From assembly GCF_009914755.1 (NCBI RefSeq), contig NC_060940.1: a stretch of 64,000 nt of DNA, one strand, 5' to 3'. The notes beneath the pieces are model-generated. The model made no database searches and had not been told where the DNA came from. It worked only from the letters and a program-made list of their open reading frames with translations. The position numbers were made by a program, and so were the translations under genes. Below, one piece after another: positions 42,643 to 55,945 of the stretch; the first letter of the stretch is position 1; the number at the start of each line of letters is the position of its first letter. Source of the stretch: the human T2T-CHM13v2.0 reference genome, Homo sapiens.

Positions 42643-43943
42643 GAATATTTTGATAATTTGTGAGATCAAGCATGAGTAATACTGGAAAGGGCTTCAAAGC
42701 ATTAAAATAGAAAAATCATAGGTCACAACAAAGAAGCACAATACTTTGGACACACTGAAAAGAAAGAAGACCATACCAGAATAGAGGCAATTTATAAATT
42801 CAGGATCTGAGCACTACATTTTCAACTACGCTGGCTACTGGTTCTTCTCATTTTCTTATTGAGATAGAACTAGATAAACATTTTTGGAATTTGCTGCACA
42901 CCCCATACAGTCTCTTATCTATATTCACAGTTCAGTTAAAATGTAAAATACTCATGGATCCCATTAAGCATGTGGACACATTTGATCTCAACAAATGTTT
43001 TCAGTTATATTTGGAATAGACGACTTTGTAAGAAAACCTGTCCTAAATTCTGACATTATTGAATATACATTTTATTTGTCACCATTAAGGATCTCTTCAA
43101 TATAATAGTCAAATCCTCTGCTTTCAAGAACTTACAGTATATGTGAGGGCAGTTAAGCAGAATAGAAAGAGTCGTGTTTTGGAGGTATTTTTACACAGTG
43201 ATGAGTACTATTGACTACATGAAGCAATGTCATTCTGGAAAGTACTGGGAGTGGGGTGATGCTGGGGTCTCTGGGCAGGGTGAGGGAAAATATGTGAATT
43301 GAGGCCCAAATGACTCCAACAAAAATCTGTGATAAAGGGTGTTTCAGGGGATAAATATAATAGCTCTGGGCAGAAATTGAGTTATTAACATCAATGAGGT
43401 CAAAGTGATTTACCTGAAAAGTGACCAAGTGGCCAAGTAAGTGCTCATCATTTCATGTATTAAATAGGCTCAGTGCCATTCCCGAGAACTTTTTTCTTTA
43501 ACTAAGAACTACCCACATTTAGATGTCCCACCTAGCCTCCTACTCCTGGCTAAATATATACATATTAATACAAACTTAGACTAAATTATTTGTTACTCAT
43601 AAACTGACATTTCCACAGGATGCTGGCTTGATAATCACATCTATAAATAGTTGATCTAAAGGATCCCAACCTCAATATTGACAGCACAGTCTCACGTTTC
43701 TTAGGCAAGTATTACCCTTTCAAAATCTGTGTTTACAGTACTTTTTCCTTCTGTTTTGCTCTGACCATCCTGGGCCCATCTGTTTCCTTCTTTCTCCATT
43801 TCTTTGTTTGCTCATTGAAAAAGTTAGAGTAAAGATTCACTCTCTGCATATGTCAAAGTTTATGCATATGTACCAAAATTGTAATGACCTTGTTACTGCT
43901 TTAGGTTTTGAAATGACCAGGCATTTAGAAATGTATGTAACTA

Positions 43944-43965
43944 TTAAATAAATAAATAAATAAAT
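43944..43965. repeat. (TAAA)n tetranucleotide repeat
   Basis: Directly visible. Confidence 0.85.
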
Positions 43966-44448
43966 GTTTGCTAGACCCAAGGAGCTACTATAATACAACT
44001 TGAATAATTTCGTGTATTGCTAAATAAGGAGCAAAAACATTTTAAAATTTTGGTTTATCATCTTTGTAAAATATCAGCACTTTTTTCTAGGGATTTTGAT
44101 GTTTAAATCTTTTTTTTTTTTTTTTTTTGCTCATTTGCTGACTTGTTTTTAACTTTAATCATTTTCAAAATCATTCTTGACACCAACGTGAGCCTTTTAG
44201 ATTAGTTGTTTTTTGGCTATGTTTAGTTACAAATCAAAATTTTGTTAACATATTTGCTACAGAATAGCCCAATAAATCAAATCATCTTTTGGCTCAGAGG
44301 ATTATACCTTTAGGAGCAAGATGAGAGTTTTTTCAGAAGGATAATGATGACTTCATCTGGAAAAGTTCAATACTTTCATTCTGGAATTGTATTAACTATT
44401 GTAACTAAGTTAACTACCTTATTCATTCAACCTGTTTTTTAAATGAAC

Positions 44449-44585
44449 AACTATCTATCAGGTACTATGCTCACCATGTGGGTAATGAAATAATCTGTAC
44501 ACTAAATCCCCATGACATGCAATTTATTTATATAACAAACCTGCACATGTACTTTTGAACCTAATATGAAAGTTAAAAAAAAAAA
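44449..44585 (+). mobile_element. short L1 3' end (old L1PA/L1PB)
   Basis: GGTACTATGCTCACCATGTGGGTAATGAAATAATCTGTACAC...ATAACAAACCTGCACATGTAC...AAGTT, then poly(A). Confidence 0.85.
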
Positions 44586-46119
44586 CTTTAAACACACTGA
44601 GAGTGTAGATACATGCATGTGTGGGAGGTACTGGTAAATGACTTATGGTCAAAACAAAATAAATAAAATACAAATTGTTTTCTTCCTTTATGTATCATAT
44701 GCTTGAGGAGGTTTTTTGGGGGTTTTTTTGTTTGTTTTTGTGGAAGTTACGTGTAATAAATTTTAAGCTCTTTAAAATAGCCAGCTTCTTGGTTCAGAAA
44801 ATATGCCTTTATCCTTTGCAATTCTACCTTAAAATATATCCAGAAAGAAAAAGGAACAGTTAATTTATTTTTCTGAAGAAGTAACAGTTGCTACAAATCC
44901 TAAGGATCTCATTCAGTTTTCTTATTACCTGAAGATAATTTTCAAAAGTATGTCTAATAGTTATCCTTAATAAAGCCCCAAACCTGTATTTATTAAAACC
45001 TCTACCAAAGTCACTTTGAATTATTTTTATAATACTATTATTTATTAAATGTTAATCTTGATATCTAGACTATATTTTTAGTGATTTTTATATATTTATT
45101 TTGAAAAAATCTGTATTTAGTTCAAGGGATAAAACGATATTAGACTTTTTCTTAAGTGGGACAATGATGGCTAACATAGGAGACTTGGATGTACAGACTT
45201 TGTATTTTGAACCTAGAAGAGAAACTGGCACATAATTGACACTCAATAAAAGGGTTGGAAGGAAGGACGAATATAGAATTCTCCTACTGTCATTTGCGAC
45301 CCGAGTTAGCTTTTTTCTTTATCCCAAGATATGCAAACCTGAAGTTTAATATATGTCTCTATATGATAAGGCTCTATCATCCAATTTGTTTGATATATTT
45401 TACTGGAATAGCCATTTTTGCAATATATGTGATATTAGATAATACTATCTCCTTTAGAAAAGGAGAGACTAAAAAGGCTTTTCTATCTATTTTCTGTAGC
45501 TAGTCGTAAGAAAGTAGCAGTTAATTTGATTTCATTCTTGATAAGAAGCAGTGAATATGATCTCTGGCAATTATGAGAAAGAGATAGTGCACATCAGGTG
45601 ATTTCACAAATAAGCAATTGCTTCTGAATTCAAAAACCAAAATAGATTAGCTTCAGTTTTAACGTTGAGCACATAGCTGCATTTTAAAAGTTCAGAGAGT
45701 CAACACAGTTACATGTTTATTGAAGTCATAGTCCTTTTTTTCTTGGATAATGAAACTAGACTAGGCATATTATGAAAATAGACTTTTCATAAAGATTCCA
45801 AAAGATTTAAATGACAAATGTATAACCAATTAAAAAATTGAGTTGTGTTTCTAAAGTAATAGAATCAATAACAAGAAAAACTTAAAATATAGATAATAAA
45901 CTTTTGTTTCATTCCTTAATCAAGGAATGCTGTCTGTACAGTTTAATGAGCCTTTTATTTTATCAGAAAAAATTATAACAGTAAGTAGAATTTAGGCTGG
46001 GTCTACAGAATTCCATTCATGTGTATGTTTGATGAAAAAGGCTGACTCACACATTAGGGAAGTATGAAATTAAGGGAAACGTAAAGAACTTTATTTTCTG
46101 CCCCAATTATTTATTTTGT

Positions 46120-46256
46120 GTCCATTTATTGTATCAGAATAGACTCATGAATTTCTAATTTATTCAATAGATTGTTATATAATATAATCATTATTATTTT
46201 GATATTGAAGATGTCCCAGAGTGGGAGTCATATCGATTGGTTTCTGTGTCTTTTCT
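46120..46256 (-). mobile_element. L1MC-like 3'UTR fragment
   Basis: GACTCATGAATTTCTAATTTATTCAAT...TTTTGAT...TGTCCCAGAGTGGGAG...TCTGTGTCTTTT. Confidence 0.55.
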
Positions 46257-46719
46257 GATGAAGATTGAAAAATCTTCATCATCTTTCATTGTCTATCTCT
46301 AACTTATAACTTAAGTGAAATTACATGATGTCATGCATAGCACCAATCCTCACTATGCTATAATTCCATTGCCCCACTACTGGCCTTTGTAATACCGTTG
46401 TCATACATTTAACCTTGTATACTGTAAACCTCATAATATATTGTAATTACTTTTTTTATTTTACACAACTCTTAAAGAAATTAAAAAGAAAAGTACTTTA
46501 TAATTATTCACATATTTATAATTTCTGACCCCAAGTTGCTTTGTGTAGATCTACATTTTCATTAAGTATTATTTTTTCTGCCTGAAGTACTTTTTTCTAA
46601 CATTTTTGTAGTACAAGTCTGATGGTGAATTATTGTGGCTTTATATACCTAAAAAAGTCTTTATTTTTCTTCATTTTTGAAAACTCACTTTACCATGTAC
46701 TGAATTATCAGTTAACAGT

Positions 46720-47041
46720 GTTTTTTTGTTTTATTTTGTGTGTTTTTCTTTTGTTTTTGAGAAAGAGTCTCGCTCTTGTCACCCAGGCTGCAGTGCAATG
46801 GCTCCATCTTGGCTCACTGCAATCTCCTCCTCCAGGGTTCAAGCAATTCTCCTGCCTCAGCTTCCTGAGTAGCTGGGATTGCAGGCACCCGCCACCACAC
46901 CTAGCTAATTTTTGTATTTTTAGTAGACACAGGATTTCACCATGTTGGCCAGGCTAGTCTCGAATTCCTGACCTCAAGTGATCAGCCTGCCTCAGCCTCC
47001 CAAAGTGCTGGGATTACAGCCATGAGCCACAGCACTCGGCC
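46720..47041 (-). mobile_element. AluS (Sq/Sz-like)
   Basis: GAGTCTCGCTCTTGTCACCCAGGCTG...CCCAAAGTGCTGGGATTACAG...CTCGGCC. Confidence 0.95.
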
Positions 47042-48240
47042 TAATTTTTTTTTTTTTAGTAAACTTGTTGCTCCCCTATCTTGTGACATGCATTGTTTTT
47101 GATGAGAAATTTGTCTTTCTTATCTTTATTTGTTGAAAATGTCATGTTCTTCATTTGTTTTTTAAATTAATTCCCTTCATTACTGGTTTTAAGTAATTTG
47201 TTTATGATGTGCTTTGGCATTGTTTTCTTCATATTTCCTGTGCTTGGGCTTTGTTGAGCTTCTTGAATCTGTGAGGTTAAAATTTTCATCACTTTGGGAA
47301 ACGTTTCAGCCATTATTTCCTCAAATATATTTTTCTGTTGCTTCATATGCCTGGTTATTTTCCTTCAGAAACTCCCATTATACATCTATTGGTCCACTTG
47401 AAGTTGGTATACAGCCTATTGATGATCTGTTCATTTTTCTTTCCCAGTGGTTTTGCTCTCTGGGTTTCACTTTGGATAGATTTCATTGCTATGTCTTCAG
47501 GTTCACCAATTTTTTTCTTCTGCTGCATCTCCTCTGCTGTCAATCAAAATCTCAGATGTCATCTCAGACAATGTAGTTTTCACATCTAAAAGTTCAATTT
47601 GGAACTTTCTGCATCATCCGTGTTTCTAATTAACATGTTTAATATTTCCCCTTGGACATAGAGAAATGTAATAATAACAGTAGTATGTCCTCATCTAGTA
47701 TTCTGTTATCTCAATATGTTTCTTTTGATTTGTTTTTCTCCTCCTTATGGGTTTTATTTTCCTTTTCTTTGCTTGCCTTGCAATTTTTGATGATATGCCA
47801 TACGTTGTGAATTTTAACATTTTTGGCACTGGATATGATCATATTTCAATAAATATTCTTGAGCTTTCTTTAGAAACAGAGATAAGCCACATGGAAAGAT
47901 ACAGATTCTTTTACAACTGTTATTAAGGTATGTCACATAACATTAGAGTAGAATAATCTACATCTAATTTTGCCCACTGAGGCATTAGTTTTCTGAATTC
48001 TGTATCTGATATCCTGTGAATGGTGAGGTTTTTTATTTCTGGTTGTATGTTTATTTCCCTTCCCTCAAGTAGTTTCTCTCATATGTGTGTTTGTCAGTAA
48101 TGAGAAAAAATGGAGATTTGAGGGAATGCTCTCCTGATCTCCAGAACTTTCTCTCTACAGAATTCTTCCCTAGAGTACGTTGACCTGCAAACTCTTCCCA
48201 TCTTCTCCTCCCTGTTTTAAATGCCTCCTATTTACCTCAC

Positions 48241-48724
48241 TGGTGAGGGAAAAATTTCTACCCAACAGTTATGAAGCTAGCCAAGCACATGTAATTGAAC
48301 AGAGGACAGATCAGATGGACAACAGTTTATTAGCCATATGTACATTCAGCCTGGGGAGGAGACTATCTCACGTAACACAGGGCCACATGGGAGTTGCACT
48401 TGGAAATAGAGTGAACAACTTTAGGCTGTGAGAGGCAGGGTTTGTATTACTAAGAAGGCGTGGTGACTCCTGGTTCCTGTGGAAGAATATGATTGGCTTG
48501 TTGGAATAATCCCGTGGCCCGTCAGGGAACTGAACCCTGCTATTCAGACCTAAGCAGCACCTGTTTCTTGTTCCCTTGTTAAGAGGGCTCATTGGCTAGG
48601 GGAGCTTATTAGTGGGAGCAGAATTAGGAGAAAAACTTTTGGTTAGGTTATTCAAGGTCCCCCTGGGTTCATATGATACACAGGAAGCATATAATATTGT
48701 ATCTAAATTTTAGATCTTACACCA
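48241..48724 (-). mobile_element. ERVL-type solo LTR (MER73/MER74-like)
   Basis: TGGTG...CACCA inverted ends; GGACAACAGTTTATTAG (antisense poly(A) signal); CAGGGCCACATGGGAGTTGCACT; TGATTGGCTTGTTGGAATAAT. Confidence 0.65.
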
Positions 48725-49299
48725 CACTTTCCAGACCCCTAGGAGAGGCTAGGCTCTAACTGGGTTCTCCCTCCCAGCACCGCAGTCTATAAAAACTCAC
48801 CAGACCATAATCTGGGGGCAATTATAGGGTTTAATTCTCTCAGGCACCACTATCTTGTACAGTCAAATGTGCAAGATCATAAAAATGTTATTTCATATAT
48901 TTTGTCTGTTTGTTGTGGTTGTTTCTAGTGAAATGATAAATCTGGCACCTATAACTCCATCCTCATTTTAGCTTACATTTTAGAGGACTTTGACAGGATA
49001 CTCATGATAGCCTGAGGTTTCACGGAATGTTTATTACTATTAACTGAATAATGAGTATTTGACCATCAAAATGAGCATTTCGCCAGGATTACTTTTCATT
49101 TCTCTAGAGTCCTAAAACTAGTGTGGGCAGAGGAAATATAAAGGTAAAGAAAAATACGTTGAATATTGAAAAAAGGGAAACAGTTAACTATATTCCAGTA
49201 AACAGAACAGTGTCCTTAACTTTAGCATTCTCCTGACTTTCTTCCCCTATACTTGACTCTGGAGGCTCATAGTTTTCAAATAGAAGAGACTTTTAGGGA

Positions 49300-49465
49300 T
49301 TGGATTTTGAATAAGTTATTGAAACTCTCTGAATCTCAATGCCTCCATCTAAAAAATAATTAAGTATAACAACTTCATCAGTACTTGTTGAAGAGACACA
49401 TGGTAAAATCTCACGTAGGTACCCTACACATGGTTTAGTGCACTATAAGTGCTCAATAAACATCA
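49300..49465 (+). mobile_element. MIR
   Basis: AAGTTATTGAAACTCTCTGAATCTCAAT...TAAGTGCTCAATAAAC. Confidence 0.6.
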
Positions 49466-49493
49466 TTTCCTCTGAGCCATTTTGATCAATTTT

Positions 49494-49789
<296 letters not shown>

Positions 49790-50464
49790 TGATCAATTTT
49801 CAAGAAGTTTCCTGTCTCAAAGTTTCTCCATCTCCTTTTGTACAAACATAAGTTATTTTACCAACTAGCTGGTTTCGATTTTGTTTTTGCCGTTTTCCCT
49901 TTTTGTATCCTCACTCTGGGAGGCTATAAACCATGCTGTGTCCATAAGTAAATAAAAAAAGTCCTCAGCTTCCCCCAACAAAGAATATTTTTTGGCAAAC
50001 ACACTGTACTTACACGAGGTGTCATGATTTCAAAGCCTCTCCAAGGAGTCCAGCAAACATATCTAAGAAAAGGTAATGGAATGATTAAGAGTTCTTTTCA
50101 AGGCAGCAAGACCATTCTTCCAAAAGAAAGTCAGGCTGTGTAAAGAGTCACTTGCTTATCCTACAAGACCTTTAGAAGCAGAAAAAAAAAAATACATGCA
50201 GACAAAGATTAAGGTATTGTTAGCTCAAAGAAGGAGTTTACTTGAGAGCTATGAATTATTTTAATAACTTTGCTGTAGTAAATATATAAGAAAATTGTAC
50301 TCCTTCTGATTATGCTCAATCCATATGACGGTCAATTTTGTTAAGAAGTATGTATTGAATAAAAAATCATTTTCAATATATTGTACGTTAATGTTTTAAA
50401 ATAAAGATGCTATGAATTATATAGGTAAGAACTCATTTGCATTGGTATTTCAATCCTTCAAGGA

Positions 50465-50645
50465 CTGGTTCTGTGGCCTTGAGAGAATTATCTAATATCT
50501 CTGAACCAGCTTCCATCTCTGCTAATTATGAATACTTCATAGGTTTTTTTTCTGATGGTCAAATAAATAAACATAAATAAAGGATCAGCTCTGGTCCATA
50601 ACTCATAAAAACCCTCAATGAATGGTGGCTGTGCTGCTGCTACCA
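50465..50645 (+). mobile_element. MIR
   Basis: CTGTGGCCTTGAG...TCTCTGAACCAG...CTTCATAGGTT...CTCAATGAATGGTGGCTG. Confidence 0.5.
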
Positions 50646-50939
50646 CGACTACTAGTAAGCCATTAACTATTACTACATTTATCATTAAATGTCTGTTTTC
50701 AAACAATGGACATTTTTAGATTCTTCCAATGCTTGCCAAAGGCAGATCTTCTAAAATCAAAACAAGGAAACAGAAATAAATGAAATATTACAGGCATGCT
50801 GATAGAAACTCAAAAATACAATCTATCATGAAAGACAACATGGCAGTTAAAGTAGAAACAATTATTGCTCCCATAAAAGAGCAGAAAAATAGAAAGAATG
50901 AAATAGCATTCTACCATTTTAGCACCTTTTTCACTTGTA

Positions 50940-51945
50940 TATTCACTCATTTATTCAACAAATACTTACTAAACTTGCATAATATTCCAGTCACTGGTCT
51001 GGATGCTAGGGACAAAGAAATTAACAAAACTGATAAGAAATTTCTTACAGATTGAATTTTAGCAAACAGAGCTAAAGAATGAATATCATATCATGGCATG
51101 TCCTATTCTATCCTAACTTATTCTAGCCTATATCTCAGAGGATGATATATTTACTATGGAGAAAAATAAGAAAGAAAAGAGAAAGAAGAAGTATAAGGGA
51201 TTTCAATTTTAAATAAAATCACAAGGGAAAGACTCAGTAAGAAAATATAAATAAAGACTTGGAGAAATTGGGACTTTCACCTTACTGGATAACTGAAGAG
51301 AGGATATTCAAGGCAGAAGAAAACCAAAACATCAGCCCTGATGTAGAAATGTGCCTGGGTGGTTGATAGAACAGTAGAATACCGATATAGTTAGAGTGGA
51401 GTGAGCAAGAGGTCAGTCCTATGATTTGAGGCCAGAGAATTAATGAGGGCAGAGAGCTCAAATCATGTAGGACCACGTAGATTATTCTATGCACTGTGGC
51501 TTTTTTTTCTTTTGTCTCAAAGAAATAGGATTACTCTAGCTTCTGTGCTGAGCACAAATTAAAAGAAAAAGGGAGAAGTAGGGAGATAAATTAGGAAGTG
51601 AGGAGTGCTTGGCTTCAAGATATTTGTAATGACCGCATTGGTTAAATTTGCTGAGTAATTGGATATTGGGTGTAAGAGAAAGAGAGAAGTCAAGGATAAC
51701 TCAAGGTTTTGGCCTGAGCAACCGGTAGGTTGGAATTTCCAGGTAGAGGGATAGAACAAGCAATGCAAGAGCAGATGGAGGGGGTTGGAAGATGATGAAA
51801 TCAGGAGTTCAGTTTTAGATATATTAATTTGGAGATTATTATTGGACAAGCCCAAGAGTCATGGACATATTTGGATACAAGTCTGGAATTTATGCAGAAA
51901 TGCAGGCTAGAAATGATATTTGGGGTCATCGACACATAGCATATT
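50940..51945 (-). mobile_element. L2a, about 1 kb
   Basis: ATTCACTCATTTATTCAACAAATACTTACT...GAAGTCAAGGATAACTCAAGGTTTTGGCCTGAGCAAC...TCAGGAGTTCAGTTTTAGA...TTTGGGGTCATC. Confidence 0.85.
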
Positions 51946-52279
51946 TTTTCCCATATACCTTCCTTTCTTTTTCTGAAGTTGTGCAGAATTTATATATCAT
52001 TAGTGTATCATTACATTAAAATGACTTTAATATTGCCTCATAATATTTAATAGAGGCAGCAGAAGGCATCTGGAAGATCTAGGTATAAATGGTTGGTTTT
52101 ACTAGATATCTTTTTGACATTTTTGAGCTTGAACATGATAGTTTACCTTGGTGAACCTCAAGCTCTTGGTTTATTGTAAGAGATACTAATAACGATTTTC
52201 TAAAATTTTTGTGAGAATCACATATTACAATACTATTCTTCCTAATTTTAATTTCTAACTGTTGATTGACAAAGGATGT

Positions 52280-52425
52280 GCAATGGTGTATTAAGTGCTT
52301 CATATACAACATCAAGTTTAATCCTTACTCAAAAAATAGAAATAGGTGGAATTATCCCAGTAAGAATATTGAGCAAGATTGAATACTGTGCTCATGTGAA
52401 TATAGCTAGCAAGTAATAGAATCAA
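52280..52425 (-). mobile_element. MIR relic
   Basis: TATTAAGTGCTTCATAT...TTTAATCCTTAC...TAGCTAGCAAGT. Confidence 0.45.
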
Positions 52426-53399
52426 AGGTATCTATTATGTCATTGCTTTTGTTTTGCTTTATTTTGCTTCTATATTTGCTCATATAAATATGAGTCTAAA
52501 GTGCCAGAAATGGAACAGGCACACAGTGATTGATCACTATATTCATTTATTACACATGTTAGAGGGTCAAGCATCACCATTAAAGAAACATCTAACTGAT
52601 TTTCTATGAGTCAAACAAAATTATCATTCTAATGAATAATATATGTATTTTGCAATATTTTAGTTAAGCCACACTTACAAATTTACATCCATAGGTAAAT
52701 TTCAGGTACTCGATCTATGGGATGGTTCAAGATGCCCAACACCTTACTCAGTGAGTTGTTCTGAGATCAATGAAGAGTGGATTCATGGAGCCTCTGTCAT
52801 TCACCCAAGGTGTCTACTTCTCCAATATTCTATGAAAGATCCTCTGGTACACTATACTATTTCCTTCCAGTGCCTGCCTTTGAGGAAGATCTATCCCAGA
52901 TATCTAAGAGCAACCTCAAATTCATGTGCTAGAGGAAACCAGCCCATTAAGTGCCAAACACAGTTGAACAATATGGGTAGTAAAATCATAACTCTTTAAA
53001 TGGTTACTTACTGTTACAAGCAAGTCAAATAGAAGAAACTCTCATTTTTTATAAATAACTAAAATACTATCTATTCCTGGTGGTTTTTAAAAAGCCTTAC
53101 TGTTATATATGTTTCCCTTTCCTTATATAGCAGATAAATTTTCAGACTAAGAATCTGTGCCCAGAGTAGTCATGTACATGGCAGGAGCACAAGGGTCTGG
53201 CATGAATTTGTGCTTTCATCATCCTACACATGAGTCTGATTTATGTGGGTAGTTTCTCAGAGATTTAAGTGTTCTCATATGTAAATGGGAAAGGGGACCT
53301 TGGTCTTTTAGAATTTATATGATGACCAAAGCATGTACATTATAAGGCATAGATAACATTGTAAGTGATAATATCAGTGACACTTAATAATTTTAAAAC

Positions 53400-53623
53400 C
53401 CAATAATTGTTGTGTACCTACGGACTAAACAGGTGTTCAAAGTATTTATGCAGGCTAGCTAAAATAATCCTTGCAAAGGCCCTTGAAGGTAAGTATTATA
53501 ATTATATTTATTTTGGAGATAAACAAAATAGGAACTGAGGTATAAGAGGTTAAGTATCTTGCTCAAAGAAGTATAGCTAGAGCTTGAACTCCTGCCTTTC
53601 TAATTTAAGGTCCTTGCTCTTAA
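53400..53623 (-). mobile_element. MIR
   Basis: GGAACTGAGGTATAAGAGGTTAAGTATCTTGCTCAAAG...CTTGAACTC...TCCTTGCTCTTAA. Confidence 0.65.
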
Positions 53624-53639
53624 ATGTAGTTCTTTAGAG

Positions 53640-53848
53640 CAATACTGCCCAATAGAACTAACTTTAATGAATAAAATATTCTATATGTGCTCTGCCAATA
53701 TGGTAGCCACTAGCTACATGTGGCTACCAAGCATTTGAAATATGATGAGAAAGATAGAAGAACTAAATTTTTAAATTTATGTGAGGTTAATGATGATTTA
53801 AATTAAATAGCCATCTGTAGCTACTGGCTACCATATCAGACAGTGCAG
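53640..53848. mobile_element. MER3 hAT-Charlie DNA transposon
   Basis: CTGCCCAATAGAAC...CAATATGGTAGCCACTAGCTACATGTGGCTA...TGGCTACCATATCAGACAGTGCAG; flanks CTTTAGAG / TTCTAGAA fit the 8-bp NTCTAGAN target preference. Confidence 0.88.
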
Positions 53849-53859
53849 TTCTAGAATAA

Positions 53860-53975
53860 AGATCTGTTAAACTGTGATATGCTCCAGGGCTTGTATTATG
53901 TCTCATTTGGCTTTGTGTTGGAGATAATACAAACCTTGGCACATAGGTGCACAATAAATGTTTTCAGCAGCCAAT
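53860..53975 (+). mobile_element. L2 3' end relic
   Basis: GCTCCAGGGC...CCTTGGCACATAGGTGCACAATAAATGTTT. Confidence 0.5.
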
Positions 53976-54157
53976 GGAGAGATACACTGATGAATTGTAC
54001 ACTTAACTGGCTTGTGTTTGTTCCATCACAGTTTTCTTTTTCCATACCTTCAGTGTATTATAAGTTCTTGCTTAGTGAAACTTTCCTTGTTTTCATTTTA
54101 ATATCCTCTGCTGGATTTAGGTGCCAAAAGGGCCACTATTTTCTAGAAAAAGAGATA

Positions 54158-54418
54158 TATAATGGTTGAGAGCCTGGGCTTCTAAATATGACTGCTGTGC
54201 TACACATTCATTCTGACAACTTCTGAGCTGAATTGCCTTTCTTAGGCAAGTCACTGAACCTGAGTGCATCTTCGTTTCCTGGTCTGTAAGGTATATATAA
54301 TAAAGATTATCATCATGTGAGGTTGTTGGGAAGATAAATAGAGATAGACCTTGCAAAGCACTTTGCAGAATATCTGGCAGGTAGATTAGGGTCAACAAAT
54401 ATTAGCTACTTATATTAT
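54158..54418 (+). mobile_element. MIR, near full length
   Basis: ATGGTTGAGAGC...CTTAGGCAAGTCACTGAACC...GGTTGTTGGGAAGATAAA...CAAAGCACTT...CAACAAATATTAGCTA. Confidence 0.75.
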
Positions 54419-54559
54419 TTGACTTTAATTATTCCTACTCCTGCTCTTCTTTTGAAACTCTAACACATCACAAGAGTAAAATTTCAAGAATGTCTTATAG
54501 AAAACATTTTTGGACGTTTATTAAAACTGAATTCAGAGAATGCTGACTTCTATCCTTTA

Positions 54560-54830
54560 TTTAAGCATCCATTTATTTTTGAGCTGTAATAACTTCCCAG
54601 GCTCTTGAGATGAAACAAATAATATAAAGGTAATAGGGCACATCTACTGCCTCCAAGAAGCTCACAGTGTGGTGTGAAAGACAGCTAACAAGCATTACAG
54701 ATCAGTATGAACAGTATACAGGAAATGAATATGATGGAATAATCATTACTACTGGATGGATAGGAATTGTCCAGGAGGTCTTCATGGAAGAGGTGGTATC
54801 TGACTGAAATGAGCACTAGGCATTTGCTGA
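54560..54830 (-). mobile_element. L2 relic
   Basis: CTGCCTCCAAGAAGCTCACAGTGTGGTG...GAAAGACAG...CTTCATGGAAGAGGTGG. Confidence 0.6.
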
Positions 54831-54910
54831 ATGCATATGTAATGGAGTCGTCAATCTGTCTATCTTATGGCTCTTTGGAACTTAAATAAATTTTGAAAAC
54901 TAGTACGTTT

Positions 54911-54966
54911 TTCTGTCTCTGTCTCTGTTTTTGTTTCTATATTGCCTCTCTCTGTCTCTGTCTCTG

Positions 54967-55009
<43 letters not shown>

Positions 55010-55025
55010 TCCACTCTCTCTCTGT
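54911..55025. repeat. (TCTCTG)n/(CT)n microsatellite
   Basis: Directly visible pyrimidine tract. Confidence 0.95.
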
Positions 55026-55704
55026 TTCACCATGACTCCTTCTGTGCAGGCTGAGTTAAAATGAGTTAAACAAAAAAAATCCCAGAAAGTAAATGTCACT
55101 CTTGCTTACAGATCTTGCTTATAATTTTGCTTATCCAAGTCTTGCTTCCTCCACCCAAAACAACTTTTCTTTTTAAAACATTAAAATGGAAACTAAATCC
55201 AATTATTAGTATGTAATTACCTTTGAGTTCTCAAACTAGAGCAGCCATCATATTAGAGACTCCCCCCTCCCTTTTTATTTCAGCAAATCCAGATGACAGG
55301 AGTATCACAAAAAGAATACAATTCTTTTGCATATTAAAAAAAGTATGTGAAATAATTGCCACAGCTGGTAAATTGATTATGGGAAAATCTGGAGAAGGAG
55401 AGCACAGGATGTGCTGAAAAGCAGCTTGAACCATCCATCACTGGAATTATGTGTGAGTCCCAGAGAATCCGCACAGTCTTGTCCTGCCAAGACCCCTCAT
55501 ATAACTATGCACAACCCAGGCTACCAACACGACACATTGCACAAGAAATTACACATTTTAAATTAGGTGCCTGAAAGAGATGCTCTAGCTGCAAAGTGGA
55601 GACAGCTGCACTAAGATATTTGGCCATATCTATTTTCTGTGGCTTAGCTCAATTTATTAAGAAGGAGCCGCATGTTTTAGATCTCTGTCACGAAGGCGCT
55701 AAGG

Positions 55705-55945
55705 CATGGTGATGAAGAGACTGAGTTCTGGAGATAGTGTTGATTCCAATCTCATCACTTGTGATTCCTACTTGTATGGCCTTGGGTAAGCTGTTTAACC
55801 TCTTACGTGCCCTAGCTTACATGGCTGTACATTAGGGAAATAATAGCACCCGATTTATAGTGTTCTTCTGGTAACTCAATAAGGCAAATATAAAGTGTTT
55901 AGCTAGTAGCTGTCATAATTAATGGCTAGTAAAAGTTGAGTATTG
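55705..55945 (+). mobile_element. MIR
   Basis: GGCCTTGGGTAAGCTGTTTAACCTC...GGGAAATAATAGCACC...TAAAGTGTTTAGC. Confidence 0.65.

Larger units (their letters stand above)
46310..48965 (-). mobile_element. ancient L1M 5'/ORF1 region, interrupted by an Alu and an LTR
   Basis: GCCTGAAGTAC...AACATTTTTGTAGTACAAGTCTGATGGTGAAT; TTTTGATGAGAAAT; TGAGCTTCTTGAATCTGTG; TTTCAGCCATTATTTCCTCAAATAT. Confidence 0.7.
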
